Source: Zootoca vivipara
Taxonomy: Eukaryota
Assembly: GCF_963506605.1 (NCBI RefSeq)
Contig: NC_083283.1
Location: forward strand, 82,088,001 to 82,152,000
Length of the DNA: 64,000 nucleotides
Direction: 5' to 3'
The position numbers were made by a program, and so were the translations under genes. The notes below the pieces were generated by a model. The model made no database searches and had not been told where the DNA came from. It saw only the letters and a program-made list of their open reading frames with translations. Position 1 is the first letter of the stretch. Every line of letters starts with the position of its first letter. Below, in pieces: positions 16,484 through 28,400 of this stretch.

Positions 16484-19400
16484 ATGGATACTAATGTGTA
16501 CATGAGCGAGATGATGAGCCGTCATGATGATGAAGCTACAAGGACATCACCTTCCGAAGGGCTGGAAGAAGGAGAAGTGGAAGGAGAAACTCTTCTCATA
16601 GTAGAGTCTGAAGATCAGGCATCCGTGGATTTGAGCCATGATCAGAGTGGGGACTCTATAAATAGTGATGAAGGGGACACATCCTGGACAGAAGAGATGT
16701 CCTATTACTGTGAAAGATGTCAGAAATGGATACCGGCAAGTAAGGCTTCCTAATTCTTGATTATTTAAAATAATAAAAATGTGTCCTTTGTTTTGTCCTT
16801 CTGACCTCAAGGCCTTGGTCAGGAAGACCTACAAGATTGTGACCCTTTCTGAGCTGGGCCTTCAGGAAGCAGGTCAGATGAAAGCCAGTTGAAAGCACAT
16901 CCTTCCCAAGGCACAGACCTAGCAAAAGGGGATTCCTTTTTCCACATGATTTGTAGTCCACAATCATGAGTGAGTGGCAGACCTCAGAAGTTTCTTGGGC
17001 CTCCTGCTTGCTGGTAAATCAGCTATATCCCTTTCAGAAGAAAGAATGGGTGGATGTCCCATTCCCCCTTTTAAAACATGGGGAGGATTTCCCAAAGAAC
17101 CCCATTGAGAGGAAGGCAGACTTCATGCTGTGCAGGACCCACAAGCTCTCAGCCTTAGCCATCAGAGCCTCTAAGGCAGCTTCCTTCAGGGCGGGTGTAT
17201 GCCTGCTCTAAGCACAGCCCCTTCTGCTGGATGTTGCCCATAGCACCACCCATAAGGGACTATGAAAACTAGTTAAAGGCTGTGCCTACACAGAGATGCA
17301 ACTGCATTTGCTCTTCAGTTTTCAGCCAGGGCCCTAGCAGAGTCCACTGGCATGTGAACTTCAAGGCCAAGGCTAGCCTCTCCAGTGATCCCTTTAGAAG
17401 GGGCTAGATTAGCCTCTTCGGGGAGTGGCTGGATGGTGTTCACAAGAACTACATAAAAGCTATAGATAAGATTTTTTTTCTGTTTGAGAAAAAAAACCTG
17501 GATGCACAATTCCTAAGATTTCAAAAAGAATTGCACTTATGAGCCAGTGTGGTGTAATGGTTAAGAGCGGTAGACTCGTAATCTGGGGAACCGGGTTCAA
17601 GTCTCCGCTCCTCCACATGCAGCTGCTGGGTGACCTTGGGCTAGTCACACTTCTTTGAAGTCTCTCAGCCCCACTCACCTCACAGAGTGCTTGTTGTGGG
17701 GTAGGAAGGGGAAGGAGAATGTTAGCTGCTTTGAGACTCCTCCTGGTAGTCGTAAAGCGGGATATCAAATCCAAACTCCTCCTCTTCTTCTTCTGATACA
17801 TATATATGTGATATCTCCAAAATAGAGACTGATGTACCCACCAATTGAGGTGATTAACAAAGCAAAATGCAGAGTGGATGAATGCTGTTGGAATGAACCC
17901 CATTTGTGCTATTTTGGGCCTTGCTCATAATGTGTTGGTGTGTAGGCCCCATTTGTTGGGAAAGAATTCAGGGCTAACATTTTGTTTACTTGTTTACAGA
18001 TCAGGTGAGAGAACAGATCACCTACCTCAAAGGTGATAATTTTTTCAGATTTACTTGCTCTGATTGCTCAGAAGATGGGAAGGAACAGTTTGAACGGCTG
18101 AGGCTAACTTGGCAGCAGGTAAGTAACAAGAAGACCCTTAGTTATTGCCGGCATATACAGTAAATATTGGAGTCAGGGGGATGGTGTTGGCTAATCTAAT
18201 CAGTTATAAGATTTCAAAATTCCTTTAATAAATAAATTTCTGAGTTATCCTTCTCCAAGCTGCAAATTGCCTAACAAAGTTTATGCTCCAATTCCTCCTT
18301 AAAACATACTGTTTGGTTGAATATGTGTTTTAACCAAGTCTATCATCAAATTAACTGCATTGCAAGAGTGTATTTTTAAGTTTCATTGATTTGTTACTTT
18401 GTTCCAAAAATAAAGCAAGGCCTTAACATAGCAACATTGCAAAAGTTCTTTAATGCATCATTGTTTTTATTCATCATGATATAACTTTTTCTGCTACTTC
18501 CAATTCAATAGGAAATGCAATTTGAGTTTTTGCTGATTAGTAATTGCCGTAGTGAGTACTTGCAGAGAGATATTTTAAAATATAAATACTATCAAATGGT
18601 AGAGATTTTTTTAAAGCTGAAATTTTCCCTTATTAGGGTATGCCCATTGCAACAAATCTTCCTTAAACTCTTCCATGAGTTCCCATAGTAGTTAGGACTA
18701 TAGTAATATCAAATTTCTAAGTATTTAATTAGAAAGTCCCTCCATGGAATCAGATACTGTACCCTGTTGTTTTTCCCTTTGTAGTTCTATCCAAGTTGAA
18801 GCCCATCCATTCAGGCCTTGTGAAAATCAATTTGTATCTGGAGATTGCATTGAATTCTGTAAAACAAATTTAGGAGTTTCCCAGATGAATTCATCCACAT
18901 ACCAGTTAGTTTTAAATTGCTCTTGTCTGATCTTAGCTCCTTGTATTTCCATTTGTATTTTTATTGTTCCAGTTAGGGTAATAAAGGACACATTTGTTGT
19001 GTTCCTCTTTTAGGCTAAAACATATCTGAACATTCGTTAACTGAAATAGTTGCATTTAGGATAATTTTAATCCAGGCAGATTAATTCCCCCTATATTGTC
19101 TAAGAGTGGATTATTTTATATAACCTGCTAGGAGAAGAGAATCATTTTATCCCAGAAAAAATATTCCTTGTTAATGAGAGGTTCCTATTTGTGTTTCAGG
19201 TTGTTATGCTGGCAATGTACAATCTATCCCTGGAAGGAACTGGCCGCCAAGGCTACTTCAGGTGGAAGGAAGACATTTGTGCTTTCATTGAAAAACACTG
19301 GAATTTTCTACTAGGAAACCGGTAATGCCATTATGTTGTCTTAAAACTGAAGGTAAAGAACAAAACGTCCACATATAATTAAAATGTAGGAAAACATTTT

Positions 19401-22400
19401 TTCTCCTCGTTGAGAGTAAAAGAGAGAAGGTATCCATAGTGGGGGAAGGTCAATAGCTAGTTCACTTCTGTATAGTTCTGCATAGTATGACTTTCCCTAG
19501 CTTGTCTCTCTCCAGTTGGTTTCTGCAAGCAGCGAAGGCCAAAATATACGGCCATTTTTTTTCAAGGTTTATTCTGGTCTTTCAAAATAGTACAAGATTG
19601 CACCATGTTGAGTGTCCCTTAACATCTACTAGCCCTCATTTGTAATTTGTCCTAAGATGTTGAGAATCCAGAATAAAATTTGAAATAATGCATATACATT
19701 TCAGCTATAGTTGATTGCAGAAATTGATTCCTGCTTCCAGTCCTTGCTACTGTGCTCATCCCATTAATTTCACTAAAGATCTGAAGAGCAATCTACTATC
19801 AATGTAGTAAACAAAGCTCTCTTTCAGAGACATTTTTCTCTTTCTTTGATTTAGAAAGAAGACTTCTACTTGGTGGAGCACTGTTGCTGGTTGTCTTTCT
19901 GTGGGGAGCCCTTTATATTTTCGTTCAGGGGCTCAAGAGTTTGGGGAACCAGGATGGTGGAAACTTGTCCACAATAGGCCCCCTACAATGAAGCCGGAAG
20001 GAGAGAAGCTTTCTGCATCTGCCCTAAAAACAAAAGGTAATAATTTGTAAACTGCACATTTAAGGATACAGTAGTCTTAAAACTGGTGGTTTTGGCAGGG
20101 TGGGGGTACGTGAGGAGAGAGAGTGGGTTTGCACTCTTCTGTACTATTGACATGGATTTCAATCAAAATGAAAACAGTAAATTTCAAATGTAGAAATTTG
20201 TGAAGGGTATGCCACCATGCAGACATCCTCAGTTTTTAAAGACCCGTGAACTTTCTGCAAAGTGTGGGTGGGTAGGTATTGTATAGGTATAGCTCTTGCC
20301 CCTTGTACATCCCATTATGTTTCTTGGTTGCTGCTTCTCCCTCTCAGCCACTCTTGTTTTCATTCCCTTCCACTCCCAAGCTCACCACCCATTCAGCCTC
20401 TCTATTCCCCAGCTTCTTCCCCAGCTTCTTTTACCACTTTGGAGTTCTCCTTTTCACTACTTCTTGCCTCTCTTCTTCCTCTTAAAAATTTGGTGGAAAA
20501 CGTTCAGTGGTTCAGTGTATGTGACAAATATGTATTCCATTCCCACATTCTGTTATATGCAGTCTGGAATTAAAGAATGTTAGCACCTGCTTGTCCTGTT
20601 TTCCTGTATCAGGAAAGGTGTATTTTTATTGTCTTTAAAAAGTTGTTTATGTTGGATACCTTCTGTAGAAATAGATGCTGTATTTGCTTTGGAGTAATAA
20701 TAATAATAATAATAATTTATACCCCGCCCATCTGGCTGGGTTTCCTCAGCTACTCTGGGCAGCTTCCAGCAAAATATTAAAATACAATAATTCATCAAAT
20801 ATCAAAAGCTTCCCTAAAGTTCTAAAACTGGTATTCTCTCTGCATGTTGGAACAAACACACTACTTGTTCTCTGGCAGGTTCAAAACCATCATTAGACCC
20901 TATCATTACAGTGGAGGGACTTAGAAAGAGAGTGAGCCGCAATCCAGTAGAATCTGCCATGGAGCTGAAGGAGAAGAGATCTCGCACTCAGGAAGCCAAG
21001 GACATCAGGAGAGCTCAGAAGGAGGCAGCTGCCTTCCTGGACAGAAGCACATCCTCCACGCCAGTCAAATTCATCAGTCGAAGCCGGCGTCCTGACATTA
21101 TACTTGAGAAGGGGGAAGTGGTTGACTTTTCTTCCCTGAGCTCCTCTGATCGAACCCCTTTGACAAGCCCATCTCCATCTCCTTCTCCAGATTTCTCTGC
21201 TCCCGGAACACCAGCTTCTCACTCAGCTACACCGAGCCTGCTCTCAGAAGCAGACCTTATTCCAGATATAATGCCACCCCAGGCCCTGTTTCATGGTAAA
21301 AGCTACTAACATTTCCTTGTCTGTTAACCTCTATTGGATCTCATTCCCACAACCATTTCTTGACCATAGTTCTATTGTTGGTGATATTTAACATCTACCA
21401 GGAACTGTGATACTTATTCTCAATAATTATATTCACTAATGTACCAAGGAAAATGTTTTCTAATGTGAAAAATATTGAAGCACTTATCATAATATTATTC
21501 CTTGTCTAGTATTAATTCACATAGAAAATTGTGTCCCCAACCAGTGCTTCTGACAATCACATATATGCCATCTGTGTTGCTAGATACTTGCTGGAACGTT
21601 AACTTTCTCTGATGTACTCTTCTGGAAGCATATTCATGGGCAAAAAAGAAGAAAATGCTGCAACTGCTGTTTCCTTAATACTATGTGTACTTGTATAAAG
21701 GGCATTATTATAGTACTTTCATGCGAAAAATAAATAAATAAACCTATTGTCTCAACTGTACCAAAACAAACAAACAAAATTAGCAGTAACACTAGAACAT
21801 AGAAAAATGCCTTTTTTGTTTGCTGCTGTTTTGGTTTTGGTTGACCTTCTAGGCTGCTAGTTCTGGAGATTCTACCCTCTCCCCCTCCCTGTCAATACAG
21901 TTATGTTTTAACTTTCCTGATGGTTTATTATTGCTTATTAAAATTTATGTTGCCTTTCCTTCAAACAGCTACTTTCAGGAGAGCTGAAAATAATGCTGAA
22001 AATATTTCACATCTGACAACCAATGCCCCCCTTGGGTTTCAGATTCTACATGGGTAGACAAGTCTAAAAAGCCCGGAACACATCCCTGACCCCTGGTCCT
22101 GTTAACTAGGGATCATGGGAGTTGTAGTCCCAAAACAGCTGGAGGGCCAAGTTTGGCCATCACTGCACTAGTGGCTATGGTGGCTCATTTACCAGAAGCA
22201 CTGGATTTAGCGTCAGTTCTGGAAGTGTATACTCAATTTTGACCAAACCAAGCCTCCTGATATATATTTTGCTGTAATGGAACCTCATAGTAAGTCTAAT
22301 AGGGATGTGGGTGGCGCTGTGGTCTAAACCACTGAGCCTCTTGGGCTTGCCGATCGGAAGGTGAGCTCCCGTTGCTCTGTCCTATCTCCTGCCAACCTAG

Positions 22401-25400
22401 CAGTTTGAAAGCACACCAGTGCAAGTAGATAAATAGGTACTGCTGTGGCGGGAAGGTAAATGGTGTTTCCGTGCGCTCTGGCTTCTGTCACGGTGTTCCG
22501 TTGCACCACAAGCGGTTTAGTCCTGCTGGCCACATGACCCGGAAAGCTGTCTGTGGACAAACACCGGTTCCCTCGACCTGAAAGCGAGATGAGCGCCGCA
22601 ACCCCATAGTCGCCTTTAACCGGACTTAACTGTCCAGCAGTCCTTTAACTTTACCTTTTAGTGAGTCTAGCATTTCATTCTGGCAAACTTGCCACAGTCT
22701 TTATATACATCCATTGAGTTATTGTTCCTGGCTATTCTATCAGCATACTTTTAGACATATTTGTGCTACAGAAAGGTCTGTCTTTTCTGCTGTCAGACTT
22801 TTGTGGTCCATCTTCCTTCCCTAATTAAGCACCCTATTCAGAGCCACACTGGATCTACTAAAGTGGCCTGATTTTCATAAATCAAAACATCTTTGAACTA
22901 GCAATTGTGGAGAATACAACTTTGGAAAGGGTAGTCTCAACTGAATATTAATGGGGAATGGCTGTGTACCCTTTCATATTAAAGCCACAGTCTTCTAGAA
23001 AGATAACACAGTTGTATTCTAGATTCAGGAAGGTTGGTCTGACGCAGTCCAAATAAATTAAAAAATTGTCCAGTAGCACCTTAGAGACCAACTAAGTTTG
23101 TTCTGGGTATAAGCTTTCGTGTGCATGCACACTTCTTTAGATAAGTTGTATTCAGATACAACTGAATACAACAGATAAGTCGTATTCGTTACACTGTCAC
23201 AAAATTTATGGAATATTTTGTTTTGTTTACAGATGATGAAGAAATGGAAGGTGATAGTGTTATAGATCCGGGAATAGAGTATATCCCACCCCCGAGTGGG
23301 CCAGTGGGAATGATCCGAAAGAAGGTGAAGACACCAGAGCAGATTAAGCAGGAGATGGAGAGCGAGGAAGAAAAAGCAGAGAGACTTGAACGTGACACTG
23401 AAAACTCTGATCATACTCGCACATCCCTTCAGGAGCAGGGTCGAGACAAAAGGAGGATGCAGTTGGAACATAAGAATGCTAAGTTCGGCATGCCCAAGTA
23501 TGCACCTGTTAGCATCTATGAAGAAAAGCTTCTCTTGAGGAACTTGGAGGGCTGCCCAAATGCTGCAGCCATGACCCCCGAAGCTCAGAGACTGCGGCGC
23601 AAGTTGATAATCCGGCAGGCCAAGCGCGAGAGAGGGCTGCCCCTCTTCGACTTGGACAGTATTGTGAATGCAGCTCTTCTCCTGGTTGATCGGATTTATG
23701 GACCCAAGGAAGGAACTGCTCCCTGTCCCCCAGCAAATTATGCAATGTACAGAACTACCAGCCAGGATTTCAGAATCTTGGATCGATACCAGGTTAATGT
23801 TTCCAATTAAACTGTTTTTTCAATAGCTCCCATACTCTGGATGGGGATAGTGGGCAAAGGGAACACAACCTGCTAGTCTATACACCACACATCTAGGCAC
23901 CCTTTCTTAGGTCATTATCTATGAATCACTGCCCATGATCACATCCATTGTAAAAAATCTCTTAATGGAATGGGGCAATGTTATTCCTCGTCACTGGCTG
24001 CTCAATCCCTTCTCCTTTCCAGAGAGTGAGTGCTTTGCTGTTTTTCTGGAAGTTAGGTGTGACAATTTTCATTTCCTTTATATCCATCTAGGCATACTTG
24101 GGTGATGCCTTTATGTCCAGAAGGACCAAGGAAGTGTTTTCAGGGGAACAAAAGAGCCTTCCACCACAAAGCCTAGTAGGGCGGGGCAGTATCTGGCTCT
24201 CATCATTGTGATGTACCAGCGGTTAAATTCCACAATATGCTGATATACCACAATGTCTGCTATATTGCCCAGCCCAAGCCCCTATACCGCTCCAGCTTGT
24301 GTGAGCCGGAGAGGCATCGGGAGTTCCTTAAACTGATTAGCTGGAGGATGGGAAGCCTTCCGCTGCTCAACTGAGCAAGCCCTCATACCGCTCTGGCTCA
24401 GGTGAGACGGAGGGATGGGGTGGGGGAGGGGCTTTCTCAAAGGTGCAGGCAGGCAAGTAGAGCTTGAGTAGGTGTTCACCCGGAACCTTTTCAGGCTCCA
24501 TCTGCCTGCCTGCCTGCCTGCCTGCGCCTTTGCCGTCTGTAGGCATTTTGAGCTGGTATTGCCAGCTCAAAATGTCTGAAGCTGGTATTGCAATCTGAAT
24601 GTTTCTGACAATTGTCTGAAGGTTTCAGACAATTTACCAATATATCACCCAGCTCTAAAGCCTAGGTACGTATTTCTTCTTCTTCAGCTTTAAAGGACCG
24701 TAGGAATTTATGGAAGCTCTAAGGAGCCCTCTAGTGAGGGATCTGTAGCTACACTCTTGACTAGATGGAGACCATCCAGAAACGCCCCAGGTTTCTACTG
24801 CAGAATCTGGAGCATTCTGTGACGACTCGGTTCAATAGTTAACATTATCCAAATCCTGGGAATGACATTTTCTCTGTATATTCTTGGGTGTTAATGCACA
24901 CACTCATTTATAATTTACTGCTACAGAAGTTAATGGTTAACTGCAAACCAAGTTATGTTTTTATCGAGCATATTATGGGTGGAATTCAACATTGTGCTAA
25001 CAAAGGTTCCATCTCCACAAACATTTCGGCTTGCCACAAAAATATCCCACCTCTCCTCCCCCTGCATGCTTCACTGAGGGTTCTCCTGATCTCCGTAGAG
25101 CCAATTTCAAGGGGGTGGGGAGAAGAGGTAGGGAAAGCCCTGTTGCACACAAGCCAAAGTCCTTGCTCAGAGATTCTGCTTACAGGCTTGTAAAGTGAAT
25201 CCCTCCCTGTGCCCTGAGACGAGTCACAAAGTCATTTGCATAACTTTGCCCTTGAAGCAAAGGTGGGGGTGGGGGGGGGGAAGCAAACAATTCCTGGGTA
25301 ACCTCTATCCATTAAAGAGATTACAGTGTCACAGTAACTTCATTTTTAAGACCAGTAGACTAATGCTGTTTGAATATCTAAGAGGGACTAGGTAATCTCA

Positions 25401-28400
25401 ACATCTTGCAGATAGGGTAACTTAGGTTGTATTCAATGTGTGGTGCAAAGATTTATCACAATGGAACATTCTTCCCCTCTCCTCCCTCTTTGTGACCCCT
25501 AAACCTGTTCTGGGTTTCTCCCCAACCCTCTGGTACACATTTGGGGATGGCATGTGGGGAGGAAAGGGAGGAAATCCCATTGCGCTAGGGCAGCTTTCTA
25601 GCTGAATATTGTCCGTTCTCCTTTTTCAAAACTGGTAGTAACAGCCACCTTGTGGTTGGTGCAAATTACCATTTATAAAATAGCCAGTGGTACACTGTAG
25701 TAAACTTGCCATCGGCATTTTTTTTTTACCAAGGTGCAAGGATCAGTTGCAGGTGTTATTTGTATTCTATCAGCGATAGCACTCTTGTTTATGTTCATTC
25801 TAGGCTGATTTCCTTGTTTTTTGTCCTTGCTTTACAGACTAAGCTGTCTGCTGTGAAGGGGTTTCGACAAATGCCAACAAAATTTCTGTTCCGACTTGTA
25901 GGCTCAGAAGATGCTTTGACTGACCACAGCATTATCAGTCCCTACACTTCCCGTGTTTTGAAACCCTACATCAGGTACAGATTCCAGAGCTGTTTTAACT
26001 TACGAGCAGATGGCTTTCTCCTTTTCCCCTACAGATTTGTTCTCTTTCTGGGAAATTGTTGAACACTCAACTCTTAGCGCCTTGGCTTCAGGCTGAAATA
26101 TATGTTTTAAAGTTTGTAAAGACAGTCTGTTAAGTCTACTCTGTGAAATAGATCACTGTTATCCCCATATTACAGATGTAGAATGAAATTGTCAGAAGTG
26201 ATTTTGCCACAAAGTCAGTCCATAGTCATGGGGAGATGTATGGGTTCTCAGTGTAGGTGGCCTTGCAGGGCAGATACTCAACTGCCCCCTTTGTGTTTTA
26301 TACCAAAAGCATGGAAACAGGAAGTATTACTTGCTCATCTTTCCTGTTTTGGTGGTACTTCATAAGATGCAAAACTCTCGTGCTAGGAGGATCTTTTCTC
26401 TATGCAGCCCAGACTACCGTATTTTTCTTGTGAGTATGCTGGAGTTGGGACAGAAACAAATACACTTATCAAATGTACAGGAGCACAGCATGCACAATTT
26501 TGTCTAGGTAGTGGAATACTCTCCACAAAAAGGAAGGTTTAATAACACAGTAAAATAAATGGCAACTTACAGCTTAATGAATTAATATGGAGCACCTTAA
26601 GGACTGAACAGATAGCAAGATATTTTCATCAATGGGGTCGCTGAATTGCTGTGAAAGAGATGATATGGTTACCTTTTTGGTAGCTTGGTGGATGGATATG
26701 GTCCCAGATTGAAATATTTAGTGCATGGACAGAAAAGGAAAGGTGCCCTCTCCAAGTTGAGACACATGTTTTCCAGCATGGTATCACAATAAGACTTGAG
26801 AGACATCTGGAGAATGCTGCACCCTTGAACTGTTCTCCAACTTGTGACTCACTTTGACAACTAGACTCTGGCAACAGCAAATCTCTCCTGATCTCTCTGC
26901 ACCATTCTTGTGTCTTAATTTCAGGCCCGACTGACTCTGACTGCTGTTATACTATGAAAATGACAAATATTCTGTTGTGTCCCCTCCAGGCGTGATTATG
27001 AAACCAAGCCTCCAAAACTAAGGTTGCTGAACGAGATCCGAGCCCATTCACACAAGAATGATCCCAGCTGGACTGCTGAGCCAGAGGCACCAATTGATTA
27101 TTGCTATGTGCGCCCTAATCACATTCCCACTATTAACTCAATGTGCCATGAGTTCTTTTGGCCAGGTAGGATTTACTAGGTGGTCAAGGGAAATAATAGG
27201 GCGACTAGGCATTCCATTCTGGTAGATGTACTACAGCTCTAATGCTGCCACTGCTTCTCTCTTTTCCCTTCCCAAAGAGAATTTCAGCTGCCCCCTACAA
27301 GGCATACATTAGTTTTGAATCCTGAGAAGACAGAAGAAGGATGGGTGGGAGAGTTGAAAAAGAAATGGAGTGGGTAATAAAAGCTATGAAGCTGATTTTC
27401 TTGAAGAGGAAAGGAAAAGAAAGGGTTTGGGGATGTTAATTATTGAATTTGTGCCTAATGTGTACTTAGCCCGGTGCCATCATTTATTGGTGTTGAGGGG
27501 CTGGGCAAAAATACTTTTATTCTCACAGAATTTTGGCCCTTAATTTGGAGGCTATTTAGGTAGGTTTGTGACATCTTTTTAGTGGAGTGGGTTGAGTTGG
27601 CTATATATATTATGAATGAACATTGTGGGTTTTTATTATTGTTCTCATACTTAGTTTTAATGTTTATTTTGCACTGTATGTTGCTTACAGTCACTCTTAT
27701 GGAATAAAAAGAAATATAATAGTAATATCAATAAAAAGTCTGCGTGCATGTATCAGTGCATTTTCTATTGGCTGAAGTGACCTGTTCCTAACAGAACAGG
27801 CACCTATTTTTTCTGATTGGTTCCCAATGGAATCCCATAACCTTATAAAACCGTTTTTAATTCTCTCTCATGACTGAATAAATATAGCTTTCAAAAGTAT
27901 ATGTGGAAAAGTTGAATAACCTGCAGACATTTACTGTGATCTTGGGGTGTAATCCTGCACACACTTACTTCTGGTCAAAGACCCATTGAATTCAGTGGGA
28001 CATACCTCCCAAGTAAGTATGCATACAAGATAGAACTACTGGGTCATTTTATTCACATAATAATAATATCTAACATGATATTATTCCTTTAACATGGAAA
28101 TGTCCTTAACATTTCATTGTAAAATTATTTATTACCAGTCCCGTATTTAGATTTTGAGTCCTTTAGGACGTTATGAACTAGTCTCCATGCTAATGTCAAA
28201 TTATGAAAATAGGTGGGCTCCACATGAGCAAAGCTTTTTCTTTTTTAAAAAAAGCCTTAAATAGATATTTTATATAATGTTCCTTTTCCATCAACAATCT
28301 GATCATTTGTGGTGTGCTTTTCTCTCCAACAGGAATCGACCTCTCAGAATGCTTGCAGTATCCAGACTTCAGTGTTGTTGTCCTTTACAAAAAGGTCATT

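Noticed and set aside
16736-16741. GC-type donor CCG|GCAAGT in the first KAT14 coding exon
   Set aside because: The next exon needs phase 1, which only the GT donor at 16740 provides.
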